64,000 nt of DNA from Thermoplasmata archaeon (GTDB taxonomy: Archaea > Thermoplasmatota > E2 > JACPAO01 > JAHFTW01): NCBI GenBank assembly GCA_034667725.1, contig JAXDQS010000006.1, positions 28,863 to 92,862 on the forward strand, written 5' to 3'. The position numbers and the translations under genes were made by a program. Below, one piece after another: positions 29,333 to 39,829 of the stretch. How positions within the stretch are numbered: the first letter of the stretch is position 1; the number at the start of each line of letters is the position of its first letter. Under the pieces are notes generated by a model. The model had not been told where the DNA came from. It did no database searches and saw only the letters and a program-made list of their open reading frames with translations.

Positions 29333-30196
29333 TCAAGCGGGCCCGGCGCCGCGTGGCGGCAGCAGCAGCCAGCCGCCCGCGGCCACGAGCGCGACGGCGC
29401 CGACGTGCAGCGGCGTCACCGTCTCGCCCAGCACCAAGGCCCCGCCGAACGCGCCCACCAAGGCGGTGGTGGCGACGTTCATGGCGCTGGTGCGGCCGGC
29501 GCCGATGCGCTTGAGGGCGGCGTAGAACAGCAGCGAGCTGACGGCGATCGAGACGACGCCGAGCGCCGCCATCGCGCCGGCCCCCGCGGGCTGCGGCCGC
29601 GGCGAGCCGAGCAGCAGGGCGGCGGCGAGGGTGGCGAGGCCGCCGAGCAGCGCCTTGGCGGCGATCAGGCCGGGCGCGGCGTGGGCACCGACGAGGCGGG
29701 TGCTCACGACGTTGTCGACGCCCCAGGCGAGGGCGGAGGCGGCCACCAGGAGCGCGCCGAGCGGCGTGGTGCGGCCGCCGGGGCCGGCTTGGGCAAGCGC
29801 CACGGCGGCGGAGGCGGCCAGGAGGGCGGCAAGGCCGAGGAGGTGCCGGCCGGCGAACCGCTCGTGCAGGAACGCGGCGGCCAGGATGGCGGTGGCGACC
29901 ATCTCCAGCGTCAGCAGCAGGCCCGCGTCGACGGCGGCGGTCTCGCGCAAGCCCAAGAACAGCAGGACCGGGGCGAGGCCGCCGCCCACCAGGCCCATGG
30001 TGAGCACCTTGGCGAGGTCGCCGCGGGCCAGGCGCAGCCGGCGCAGGAACGGGGACAGCGCGGCGGCGGCCACGAGGTAGGCGACGGCGGCCTTCCAGAG
30101 CGGGTCCACGTCGACGGGCTTGGCCAGGACGTTGATGGCGCCGTACAGGATGCCGGAGCCGCCGGCCAGCAGCAGGCCGGTGCGTCGCGCATCCAC
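29333..30196 (-). CDS. DMT/EamA family transporter
   Basis: About 10 TM segments in two repeats; LFLGLRET...AFLHE and YAALKRIGA...LVLGE patterns. Confidence 0.88.
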   Translation of the reverse strand: MDARRTGLLLAGGSGILYGAINVLAKPVDVDPLWKAAVAYLVAAAALSPFLRRLRLARGDLAKVLTMGLVGGGLAPVLLFLGLRETAAVDAGLLLTLEMVATAILAAAFLHERFAGRHLLGLAALLAASAAVALAQAGPGGRTTPLGALLVAASALAWGVDNVVSTRLVGAHAAPGLIAAKALLGGLATLAAALLLGSPRPQPAGAGAMAALGVVSIAVSSLLFYAALKRIGAGRTSAMNVATTALVGAFGGALVLGETVTPLHVGAVALVAAGGWLLLPPRGAGPA

Positions 30197-30230
30197 GCGC
30201 GCGGCAGGCGGGCGGGCTTGAAAGCCGCCG

Positions 30231-30395
30231 CTAGAGTCTGAAGCAGAAGTCGTCTTTCCGTTTGGCAATCTGGAGCGTGGCGCCGGCAAGTGGCCGGCCC
30301 GCAGGCGTGCTGGAGGCACGGCCAGGGCCGGCCGCGCCGCCGGCGTTCGGCTCCAGGCAGCCAAACGCCAGACGACTTCTGCGCAAGACTCCTAG
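30231..30395. mobile_element. MITE-like element bounded by CTAG at both ends
   Basis: Left CTAG-AGTCTGAAGCAGAAGTCGTCT versus reverse complement of right end CTAG-GAGTCTTGCGCAGAAGTCGTCT; internal hairpin. Confidence 0.7.
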
Positions 30396-31633
30396 GCCGG
30401 CGCGACCTGCATCGGCGCCGCCATCGGCATGGGCGCCGGCTCAGAGGCAGGGAGGGCGCGGGCGCGGCCGTCGAGGGCGGGCATCGCGTGGCCCGGGAAG
30501 TAAGCCACCGTGCGACCCTGGCGGACCACCTGGACGAGGTTCGCCTGCGTCAGGCGGGTCACGTGCCAGTGGGCGATCGAGGGCGGGATGGCCAGCTGCG
30601 CGCACAGGGTCTTCTGCATCATGCCGGGGCGGGCGCGGATGGCCTCGGCGACGGCGCGGCTGCGGTCGTTCTGCAGGACGGCGTAGGCCTCCTTCTGGTC
30701 GTGGCCGTAGCGGCCGCCGTTCTCGAAGTAGTGGCGGCCCCGGCCGACGCGGCGGCTCACGATGAGGTGCTGCTGCTCCAAGAGGCGGAGGTGGTGGACG
30801 ACGGCGGTGCGCGACAGGCCGGTGGCCTCGCCGAGCGCCTGGAGGCTGATGCCGGGCTCCTGCAGGATGCGGGCGTAGAGCGCCTCGCGGCGCGGGTGGC
30901 CGAGGACGGTGTCCTTGCCGAAGCGGGTGAACAGCGGCGAGGCGTACGGCAGCAGGCGGCGCATCTCGGCCCCGCCCTTGCTGGCGGCCGCGGCGCCCAC
31001 GGAGCCAGACGAGCCGGCCATCCAGAAGACGGCGAAGGTGGCCGCGGCGGCGGCGCCGACCGCGATGAGGGTGGCCCCCAGGACCAGGTGGGTCGGGGTG
31101 GCGACGGTGACGGCGCCGCCGTCGGTCTCGGCGTCCCCGGCTTGCTGCTCGCCGGTGGCGGCGAGCGTGGGCAGGGCGCGGCGGGCCTCGTCGGCGGCGC
31201 GCTGGGCGCGTTGGGCCAGGTCGAGCACGACATCGACCGGCAGCTGGGCCAGGACGGTGTCGAGCGAGGCCTGGACCGGGCGGGCCAGGCCGGCTTCGGG
31301 CGTGGGTTCGGCGGCCTGGTCCTCGCGGGCGTCGCGGGACGGCGGGAGGGGGGACTGGGGCGGGTCCACGGACGGCCCGCTGTCGCGCAGCCAGTGGAAA
31401 CGGGCCAGGGACACGGGGCCCTGGTTGCCGCCGGGGCTGCCGCCGTCGCCGGCGCCAGAGCCAGGGTCGGTCCAGCCGAGGAACGTCCAGACCGTGTCGT
31501 CCACTTCGCTGGACGCGGAGTCGTAGACCCGGCCCGACACCGGAGCCACGAGGAGCAGGATCAGCAGCCCGGTGGGGATGACCCCCCGGCCCAACCGCTT
31601 GAGGAACACGCAGCAAAATCCAGAAGTCCCCAC
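30392..31633 (-). CDS. Membrane-anchored transcription regulator with tandem C-terminal winged HTH domains
   Basis: Signal-like N-terminus, TM segment, PLFTR...VLGHPRREALYARI..EPGI...VVHHLRLLE and a second HTH (RPGMMQKTL...HWHVTRL). Confidence 0.85.
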   Translation of the reverse strand: MGTSGFCCVFLKRLGRGVIPTGLLILLLVAPVSGRVYDSASSEVDDTVWTFLGWTDPGSGAGDGGSPGGNQGPVSLARFHWLRDSGPSVDPPQSPLPPSRDAREDQAAEPTPEAGLARPVQASLDTVLAQLPVDVVLDLAQRAQRAADEARRALPTLAATGEQQAGDAETDGGAVTVATPTHLVLGATLIAVGAAAAATFAVFWMAGSSGSVGAAAASKGGAEMRRLLPYASPLFTRFGKDTVLGHPRREALYARILQEPGISLQALGEATGLSRTAVVHHLRLLEQQHLIVSRRVGRGRHYFENGGRYGHDQKEAYAVLQNDRSRAVAEAIRARPGMMQKTLCAQLAIPPSIAHWHVTRLTQANLVQVVRQGRTVAYFPGHAMPALDGRARALPASEPAPMPMAAPMQVAPA

Positions 31634-31662
31634 ATAAACCGAGTGGTCATGTCCTGAAACTC

Positions 31663-32634
31663 TCAGGAGAGCCTCTCCTGGACGCGGTCCACCAAACCGT
31701 CGACCGTGCCTTGCGGCGCATCCAGGACGTCGCGGCTTGCCGGCGCCGCCGCCTCGGCGGCCGGCGCGTCGCCTCCCCAGAGGCCGGCGACCGCGTCCGC
31801 GAGGGCGGCGAAGCCGTCGCCCACCGCCTGGGCGGCATCGGCGGCCGTGTCGGCGACCGCGCGGGCCGCTTGCGCGACCCCGTCCACGGCCGTCGCGGCG
31901 GTTTGCGCCACGCCGTCGGCGGCCGCGCCGACGGCCTGGGCGACGCCGTCCACGGCGCCGCCGACGCCTGCGCCGAAGCCGGCGGCAAGCGCGCGCACCG
32001 CCGCGCCAACGGCGTCGAGCGCCGCGCCGAGGGCGCCGGCGGCCGCGTCGAGCGCGGCGCCCACGGCCCCGGCCACGGCGGCCACCATGTCCAGGAGGCC
32101 CGTGACCAGGTCGACGACGAACTGCACGAGGAAGGCCGCGAAGCTCGCGACGGCGGCGACGAGGGCCTCGAGCTGGGACGGCGCGGTGGTGGGATCCGCC
32201 ACGATCTGCTCGACGGCGGACAAGGTTGCGTTGGCGAGCGCGCCGGCCTCCGCGGTCACGTTCTGGACGGGCTCGGGCAGGACGGCGGTGGCGTTCTCGG
32301 GCTCCTCCTGGGCCGGGGTCGCGTGGCCGGGGGGCGTGAAGTAGGCGGAGCAGACGGGCTCCAGCACGGGGCCGCCGGTGGCCTCATAGGCGGTCCAGCA
32401 GGCGATGTAGCCGGCCTCCTGCGTCTCGTTGGCGACGGCGTCGGGCGTGGCGGCCTCCTGCGCGTAGGCGGCCGGGTCGGCAAGGGCGCGGGCGGCGTGG
32501 TCCTGGACGTGCTCCTGGGCATAGGTGAGCGGGTCGGAGCCGGGCGCCGGGCCGGGCTGGGCGGCGGCCGCGCACGCGACGGCCAGGAGGAGGGCGGTCA
32601 GGCTCCAGGCGGCTCGGGTCCAGGTGTTCAACAT
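31663..32634 (-). CDS. Secreted Ala-rich helical protein with 11-residue repeats
   Basis: Signal peptide MLNTWTRAAWSLTALLLAVACAAAAQ; AVDGVAQAVGA/AADGVAQTAAT/AVDGVAQAARA. Confidence 0.75.
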   Translation of the reverse strand: MLNTWTRAAWSLTALLLAVACAAAAQPGPAPGSDPLTYAQEHVQDHAARALADPAAYAQEAATPDAVANETQEAGYIACWTAYEATGGPVLEPVCSAYFTPPGHATPAQEEPENATAVLPEPVQNVTAEAGALANATLSAVEQIVADPTTAPSQLEALVAAVASFAAFLVQFVVDLVTGLLDMVAAVAGAVGAALDAAAGALGAALDAVGAAVRALAAGFGAGVGGAVDGVAQAVGAAADGVAQTAATAVDGVAQAARAVADTAADAAQAVGDGFAALADAVAGLWGGDAPAAEAAAPASRDVLDAPQGTVDGLVDRVQERLS

Positions 32635-32739
32635 CTCGGAAGCCTCCGCCTGCACCGCCGCCGGCCGGCACATAAGGCGTCGCGTGAGCCCGCTTGAACG
32701 ACGGAAACCCTCTTGGGCGCCCCCTGGGTCGCGGCGCCC

Positions 32740-33240
32740 ATGCGCGTCCTGGTGACCGGCCCCCTGAACCCCATCGGCTCCGCCGTCGTCCGGGCCTTGG
32801 CCGCGGCGGGCCACCAGGTGCGGGCCTTCGGCGTGCCGGCCGGCGAGGACCCGTTCCACGGTGTCGCCAACGTCGAGTGCTACCCGGGCCATGTGGCGTT
32901 GGGCGGCAGCATCGAGCCCGTCGCCGTGGAGTGCAAGGCCATCGTCCACTGCGCCGCCTTCGACGCGCCGGGCAAGGACAGGCACGCCCACGCCGTCCAC
33001 ATCGAGCGCGGCGCCCTTTACACCCGCTTCGGCGCCGAGCGCGACCCGGCCGAGCGCTTCGTCGCGCTGTTCCCCGCCAGCCCCGACCGCGCCTGGCACA
33101 AGGTGGTCGCGCAGGCCGAGGGCCACGCGCGCGGCACCCACCCCATCGTCGCCCACAGCATCCTGCGCGTCGCCGACCCCGACGAGGCTGCCTCCAAGGT
33201 GCTGCAAATCCTGGCCCAGCCCATCGTGCGCGCGGCCTAA
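32740..33240 (+). CDS. Short NAD-dependent epimerase/dehydratase-like Rossmann protein (degenerate)
   Basis: MRVLVTGPLNPIGSAVVRALAAAGHQV, AIVHCAA; only 166 aa. Confidence 0.7.
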   Translation: MRVLVTGPLNPIGSAVVRALAAAGHQVRAFGVPAGEDPFHGVANVECYPGHVALGGSIEPVAVECKAIVHCAAFDAPGKDRHAHAVHIERGALYTRFGAERDPAERFVALFPASPDRAWHKVVAQAEGHARGTHPIVAHSILRVADPDEAASKVLQILAQPIVRAA

Positions 33241-33527
33241 CGAAGCAGCTCCAGCAGCCAGTCGCCGAGCAGGCCGCCGAGGCACACCGCGCCCAGGCTG
33301 GCCGCGGCGCCGCCGAGGCCGCGTGCGAACAGCCCCCACGGCGCGCCCCGGTGCCGGAGCCATTCCCACCAGCCCGCCGTCGCGGCCAGCGCCGCCACCG
33401 TGGCCAGCGGCAGCGCGCGGGGCCTGTCGGCCCGCAGCGCCGCCAGGCCGCCGGTGCGCGCGGCCTCGACCACGACGATGCCCAGGCAGGTGCCTGCGGC
33501 CAGGGCCGCCAGCACCGCGAGCGCCAC
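33237..33527 (-). CDS. Small membrane protein, hypothetical
   Basis: Three hydrophobic segments in ORF 33237..33611; start uncertain. Confidence 0.5.
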   Translation of the reverse strand: MALAVLAALAAGTCLGIVVVEAARTGGLAALRADRPRALPLATVAALAATAGWWEWLRHRGAPWGLFARGLGGAAASLGAVCLGGLLGDWLLELLR

Positions 33528-33558
33528 TTCTGCAACGTCGTCGTCCTCGGCAACTGCA

Positions 33559-33610
33559 TGCTTTAGGCCCAAGGCCGCGCCTTCCCCCTTTTTTCCTCCC
33601 TTCTCCTCCA
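33559..33610. other. TATA-like patch and pyrimidine tract between divergent genes
   Basis: GCTTTAGG followed by CTTCCCCTTTTTTTCCTCCCTTCTCCTCC; role unknown. Confidence 0.3.
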
Positions 33611-33658
33611 AACGGCTTGCACGGCAACCCTCATAACTGGCCTGGCGTGGAAAGCGCC

Positions 33659-35317
33659 GTGCCGAAGCTCGTCCTGGTCGATGGGTACGTGGACGAGCCG
33701 TCCGCCTTCGGCGTCCCGCCTTACATCTCCCCGCACGCCCGCTACGCCGCCGGCGCCGCCATCGCCGCCGGGGCCGAGGTCGAGTACCACACCATCGACA
33801 GCCTGCGCAAGCGCCCGCAGGAACTGCAAGGCGACGCGCTCGCGGTGTTGGCGTCGTGCGTCGTGCCCGGCAAGTACCTGCGCGGCAAGCCCATCATGCA
33901 CCACGAGGCCGTCGAGCTGTTCCGCGACTTCAAGGGCGAGCGGCTCCTGTATGGCGCCAACGCGGCCTTCGGGTTCGCGGACGACGGCGGCGGCCACGCC
34001 ACGACGCGCGTCCAGCCCCTCAAGGACCATGTCGACCACTTCATCACGCGCGACGGCGACGCCGCCATCGCCGACCTGTTCGCGGGCAAGACCGTGGTCA
34101 ACCGGTTCCGCACCGCCGATGAATGGGCCAGGCACGCGGTCGCCGGCGCGCCCGTCGTGGCGCAGCATCCGGACATGGGCGCGGGCATCCTCATGGCCGA
34201 GATCGACACCTTCCTCGGCTGCGTCCACTACCTCTCCGGCGGCTGCGGCTTCTGCAAGGACGCCAAGACCAAGCCGTGGTATCGCGAGGAGGAGGACATC
34301 ATCGCGGAGGTCGAGACGCTCTACGCCAAGGGCGTCCGGCATTTCCGGCTTGGTGGCCAGTCCTGCTTCTGGACCTACAAGGCCATCGGCGTGGGATTGA
34401 CGGACGAGCCTAAACCGAACGTCCCGGCCACCGAGAAGCTCCTCGTCGGCATCGACGCCGTGGCGCCCGACCGCAAGGTGCTGCACATCGACAACGCCAA
34501 CCCGGCCGTCCTTGCCACCCACCCCGAGGAGGCTCGCGCCATCGCCCGCCTTTTGGTCGAGCACGGCACCGACGGCAACATCGCCGCCTTCGGGCTGGAG
34601 TCCGCCGACCCGGCCGTGTTCAAGGCCAACAACCTCAACGCGACGCCGGAGCAGACCATGGACGCGATCCGCATCCTCAACGAGGAGTCCGGCCACCGCG
34701 GCCCCAAGGGACTGCCCTACTGCCTTCCCGGCCTCAACCTCCTGTACGGCCTGCCCGGCGAGACCGCGCTCACCTACGAGCTGAACTGGAAGTTCCTCAT
34801 GGACCTGAAGGCGAGCGGCCTCCGGATCCGCCGCCTCAACATCCGCCAGCTGCTGCCCATCCGCGGCCAGAAGGAGACAGTCGCCCCCGAGCTGCGCCAC
34901 ACCTTCCGCACGCACAAGCAGCAGGTGCGCGAGCAGTTCGACCGCGCCATCCTCCAGCAGGTCGCCCCCGTCGGCACCGTGCTCCGGGACGTCTACCTCG
35001 AGGCCCACGAGCCCGGCCTCACCTACGGCCGCCAGATCGCCACCTACGCGCTCTTGGTCGGCATCCCGTTCGAGACGCCCCTCAACCGGTTCGTCGACGT
35101 CATGGTCACCGACCACGGCTACCGCAGCCTGACCGGCGTCCCGGTGCCGTTCCACGTGCCGTCGGCGTCGATGAAGATGCTGGAGTGCCTGCCCGGCATC
35201 GGCAAGAAGCGCGCCGTCAACCTGAAAGTCAAGGCGCCGAAGGACTTCGCCGCGTTCGCCAACATCGTCGCGGACCCGGCGGTCAGCGAGCCGCTGCGGG
35301 CGCACCTGAGCTTCTGA
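33659..35317 (+). CDS. Radical SAM protein with C-terminal TRAM-like and HhH domains (archaeal uncharacterised type)
   Basis: DGYVDEPSAFGVPPYISP, VPGKYL, GCVHYLSGGCGFC, HIDNANP, TYGRQIATY, LPGIGKKRA. Confidence 0.88.
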   Translation: MPKLVLVDGYVDEPSAFGVPPYISPHARYAAGAAIAAGAEVEYHTIDSLRKRPQELQGDALAVLASCVVPGKYLRGKPIMHHEAVELFRDFKGERLLYGANAAFGFADDGGGHATTRVQPLKDHVDHFITRDGDAAIADLFAGKTVVNRFRTADEWARHAVAGAPVVAQHPDMGAGILMAEIDTFLGCVHYLSGGCGFCKDAKTKPWYREEEDIIAEVETLYAKGVRHFRLGGQSCFWTYKAIGVGLTDEPKPNVPATEKLLVGIDAVAPDRKVLHIDNANPAVLATHPEEARAIARLLVEHGTDGNIAAFGLESADPAVFKANNLNATPEQTMDAIRILNEESGHRGPKGLPYCLPGLNLLYGLPGETALTYELNWKFLMDLKASGLRIRRLNIRQLLPIRGQKETVAPELRHTFRTHKQQVREQFDRAILQQVAPVGTVLRDVYLEAHEPGLTYGRQIATYALLVGIPFETPLNRFVDVMVTDHGYRSLTGVPVPFHVPSASMKMLECLPGIGKKRAVNLKVKAPKDFAAFANIVADPAVSEPLRAHLSF

Positions 35318-35325
35318 CGCGGACG

Positions 35326-36603
35326 CTATTCTTCGGCGTCCTCGCCCAGCGCCTGGACCGGCGCGTCCGCCGCCAGTTCCCAGCCCGCCTTGCGCGGCGG
35401 CGCCGGCTCCGCCTTCGGCGTGCCGGGCAGCACGCGGTCGAGGGCGCGGTAGATGTCCTTGGTGGCCTCGCCGACGATGCGCTCGGTGAACAGCACGCCC
35501 TCGGCGACCCGGGCGGCCTGGTCGGCCATGGCGCGGCCGCGGGGCGTCATGCTGCGCGACACACCCATCATGCGGAACGCGCGCCAGACACTGCGGACCA
35601 CGAAGAACGCGATGCCGACCCAGACGCCGATGACCATGTAGCTGATGCGTTGGGCTACGAGGTCCTCGACGGCCAAGTGCTCGCTGCGGAAGTATTGGGC
35701 CTGGGCGTGGGCGACGATGGCGTAGCTGGCGGCCAGCAGGATGGCGGCCCACGGCGCGGCGTTGCGGCCCTGCACCAGCAGGTGGGCGCGCTGGAGCGTG
35801 GTGTAGGAGACGTAGACCCAGGTGCCCAGCAGGACGAGGTAGGCGACCAGGCTCGGGATGAGCTCGCTTGCGGCCTGGAGGTACTGGATGCCGTCGAGCA
35901 GCAGGGCGGCCATCAGGATGCCTGCGACGAACAGGTGCAGCTCGCGCAGGATGGTGTGGCGGCGGTCGATGTTGTTGAGGCTGCGCACGAACCACCAGAC
36001 GGCAAGCAGCAGGGTGGTGACGACGGCGGCGACGGCGGTGGCGGGCAGCTCGGGGCCGCCGTGGCGCATCCAGAACGGGATCGCGAGCGAGAGCGCCGTG
36101 ACCAGAAGCAGCGGCAGGATGGCGTGGCGGTGGCGGCGGCCGAGGAACAGGCGGTGGGCGTCGTACACCATCTCCTCCAGCACGAACACCAGCTCGAAGC
36201 CGGCCAAGGCGAACACGACGAACGCCACGATGACGGAGACGATGTACAGGTCCTGGAGCGGGCCGTCCTGCACGGCGGCGCTCTTGAGGGTGAAGGCGGT
36301 GATGCCGTAGATGCCGAGCACCAGCACGGCGGAGATCGCCATGGCGCGCTTGCTGAGGCCGATCCACAACCCGGGGGCGGCGACCAGGAACACGAGGGCG
36401 CCGAGCACCAAGAGGCGTTCCGTGACCAGGGCGGAGCGGGCCCAGACGAACGGCAGGACGGTGAGGATGCCGAGGCTGACGATGCCGAGGACGGCCCAGG
36501 GCGCGATCTGGCGTTGGCGGAACGGCGTCGTGCTGTGGCCGATGCGGACGGCGGCGGCGCGCAAGCGGGCCAGGATGGGGTCGTGGTCGCCGCGGCCTTC
36601 CAC
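35326..36603 (-). CDS. Multi-pass membrane protein, hypothetical
   Basis: About 10 hydrophobic segments in the distal part of ORF 35326..37557; follows hbd. Confidence 0.75.
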   Translation of the reverse strand: MEGRGDHDPILARLRAAAVRIGHSTTPFRQRQIAPWAVLGIVSLGILTVLPFVWARSALVTERLLVLGALVFLVAAPGLWIGLSKRAMAISAVLVLGIYGITAFTLKSAAVQDGPLQDLYIVSVIVAFVVFALAGFELVFVLEEMVYDAHRLFLGRRHRHAILPLLLVTALSLAIPFWMRHGGPELPATAVAAVVTTLLLAVWWFVRSLNNIDRRHTILRELHLFVAGILMAALLLDGIQYLQAASELIPSLVAYLVLLGTWVYVSYTTLQRAHLLVQGRNAAPWAAILLAASYAIVAHAQAQYFRSEHLAVEDLVAQRISYMVIGVWVGIAFFVVRSVWRAFRMMGVSRSMTPRGRAMADQAARVAEGVLFTERIVGEATKDIYRALDRVLPGTPKAEPAPPRKAGWELAADAPVQALGEDAEE

Positions 36604-36611
36604 GCCGCGCC

Positions 36612-37457
36612 TCAGTAGGTGTAGAAGCCGCGGCCGGACTTCTTGCCGAGGTGGCCGGCCTGGACTTTCTGCACCAAAAGCGGGCATGGCCGGTACTTGG
36701 GGTCCTTGAAGCCGTCCCACAGGACGTTGAGGATGGCGAGGCAGGTGTCGAGGCCGATGAAGTCCGCGAGCGCCAACGGGCCCATGGGGTGGTTCATGCC
36801 GAGCTTCATGATCGCGTCGACGTCCTCGGCGGTGGCGACGCCCTCGTGCAGGCAGAAGACGGCCTCGTTGATCATCGGCATCAGCACGCGGTTGGAGACG
36901 AAGCCGGGGAAGTCGCGGCAGCTGTGGACCTGCTTGCCCATCTTCTGGCCGGCGGCGACCACGGCGGCCAGCGTCGCGTCGGAGGTGTCGGCGCCGCGGA
37001 TGACCTCGACGAGCTTCATCAGCGGGACGGGATTCATGAAGTGCATTCCGATGAAGCGGTCGGGCCTCTTGGTCGAGGCCGCCAGCAGCGTGATGGGGAT
37101 GCTGGAGGTGTTGGAGGCCAGGATGCATTCGGGGCCGACGATGCCGTCGAGCTCCGCGAACAGCCGGCGCTTGACGTCGGCGTTCTCGACGATGGCCTCC
37201 ACGACGAGGCCGCAGCCGGCGAGGTCGGCGTTGCGGGTGCTGGTCCGGATGCGAGCGCGGACGGCCTTCGGGTCCTGCCCGCCCAAAGCCCCCTTCTCCG
37301 CGAGCTTGGCCAGCGACTTGTCGATGGTGGCGAGGCCCTTGGCGACGAACTCCTCCTTGAGGTCGACGAGGGTGACGTCGAAGCCGGCCAGTGCTGCGGC
37401 CTGCGCGATGCCGGCGCCCATCTGGCCTGCGCCAACAACCCCGACTTGCTGAATCAT
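36612..37457 (-). CDS. hbd: 3-hydroxybutyryl-CoA dehydrogenase
   Basis: [54 protein letters not shown]. Confidence 0.95.
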   Translation of the reverse strand: MIQQVGVVGAGQMGAGIAQAAALAGFDVTLVDLKEEFVAKGLATIDKSLAKLAEKGALGGQDPKAVRARIRTSTRNADLAGCGLVVEAIVENADVKRRLFAELDGIVGPECILASNTSSIPITLLAASTKRPDRFIGMHFMNPVPLMKLVEVIRGADTSDATLAAVVAAGQKMGKQVHSCRDFPGFVSNRVLMPMINEAVFCLHEGVATAEDVDAIMKLGMNHPMGPLALADFIGLDTCLAILNVLWDGFKDPKYRPCPLLVQKVQAGHLGKKSGRGFYTY

Positions 37458-37600
37458 GCGGCCACCTCCGGCGTCCAGTGAAGGGTGGGAAGGCGATGTG
37501 GGGCTGAGCTTGCGAAGCCCCACGACGCAAAGCGCCGGCCGATTTTGCGGCCGGCACGCATCTGCCCGGCGCCGACGACGCCCACCTTCTGGATGCTCAT
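37454..37600 (-). other. 48-codon mini-ORF beginning with a duplicate of the hbd N-terminus
   Basis: [14 protein letters not shown] then unrelated palindromic sequence; stop overlaps the hbd ATG (ATGA). Confidence 0.75.
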
Positions 37601-37708
37601 GGCAGGCGGGGACGTTGGGGGGCCGTCAAAAAGGGCTTCCCTTGCGCGCGGGCCTCGGGTGGATGCGGGAGCGCCCACCGATCCACCGAGCCCACCGAGG
37701 ACACCGAG

Positions 37709-38472
37709 CTATTTCCGCAGCAGCAGCCGGTCCCGCCGGAACGCCCGCCGCGCCGCAAGCAGCAGCAAGGCGTCGGCCGCCGCGAGGACGGCCATGATGG
37801 TGAGCAGGAACAGCACGGGGCCGACGGCGTCCTGGTAGCGCACGATGGCGCGCCCCGCCGGCGTCTGGGTCAGCAGCATGCCGCCAAAGCTCGGCAAGAG
37901 GTAGAACGGGATCAGCAGGTAGGCCATGATCTGCTGGCCGTTCTTGACGGTGGCCACGCGCATCCCGACGATGGCGCCCGCGCCGCCCACCAAGAGGCCC
38001 ACGAGGACGGCGAGGATCGGGCCGGCGAGGAGGATCGGGGCGTAGCCGAAGGCGGGGAGGCCCAGGAGGACCAGGCCCACGGTCTGCTGGACGAGGACCT
38101 CGAGGAAAGCGGAGGCCGCGACGAACAGCTGGATTGCCAGGATCTTGCCGACGAGGATGGCGCGGTCGGGCAGCGGGCCGGCCAGCAGGGTCTCCAGGGT
38201 GTGGCGCTCGCGTTCGCCGGCGAAGGCGTCGATGATGAGCGACGAAGTGACCACAAGGCCTTGGAACGCGGCCGCGAACAGGCCGGCGGTGGCGAGCGCC
38301 GAGACCACGGCGCCGATGGGCAGGAAGCGGGAGGTGATGACGATGACGGCGATGGGCGCGATCAGGCCGAACAGGGCCACCATCACGAGGGCGGCCACGA
38401 CGGTGCGGCTGGGGCGGCCGCGGCGCAGGAAGTGCTCGCGCCACTCCTTCCACACGACGGTGCCGACGTCGC

Positions 38473-38476
<4 letters not shown>
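37709..38476 (-). CDS. ABC-2 type transporter permease
   Basis: VVWKEWRE, FAGERERHTLETLLAGPL...ILVGK. Confidence 0.9.
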
Positions 38477-39396
<920 letters not shown>

Positions 39397-39400
39397 GGTG

Positions 39401-39775
39401 CTACCGCTTGTTCTTGGCCTTGAGCTGGGCCTCGATCTTGGCGCGGGCCTTGCGGTGGCGCTCGGGGGACAGCTCGCCGCGCGCCTTCTGCTGGTCGAGG
39501 GTTGCAAGCAGGCCTTCGAGCTCGGTGCGGCTGCGCTCCTCCAGCTCGTCGCTGGGCAGGCGCATCTCGACGGTCTCGTGGCGGCGCACCAGGAGGGAGC
39601 CGAAGACCACGACGGCGGCGGCGACGACCCACCAGACCAGGTTCATGGGGTTGCTGGCGCCGTCCGCGTCCTTCTGGGTCATGAACAGCCAGAGCCCGAT
39701 GGCCGCGAGCAGGATCGCGACCGGGACCGCGACCTTCAGCAGCGGGTACGTCTTGCGGGACACGGAGACGGACAT
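39401..39775 (-). CDS. Small 2-TM protein with helical C-terminus
   Basis: Two TM helices then LDQQKARGELSPERH; directly upstream of the ABC ATPase. Confidence 0.7.
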   Translation of the reverse strand: MSVSVSRKTYPLLKVAVPVAILLAAIGLWLFMTQKDADGASNPMNLVWWVVAAAVVVFGSLLVRRHETVEMRLPSDELEERSRTELEGLLATLDQQKARGELSPERHRKARAKIEAQLKAKNKR

Positions 39776-39829
39776 GGGCCTCGCGTCGTCGGAACCGGCG
39801 GCAGGCAATAAACCGGCGCGGCCGGCCCT

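Noticed and set aside
34216-34256. Non-canonical CX7CX2C radical SAM motif as a novelty
   Set aside because: Extended spacing is, to my knowledge, normal for this archaeal radical SAM/TRAM/HhH family
37454-37600. Archaeal intron or programmed frameshift in hbd
   Set aside because: The downstream copy already has a complete N-terminus and its own SD, and I could not identify a bulge-helix-bulge motif
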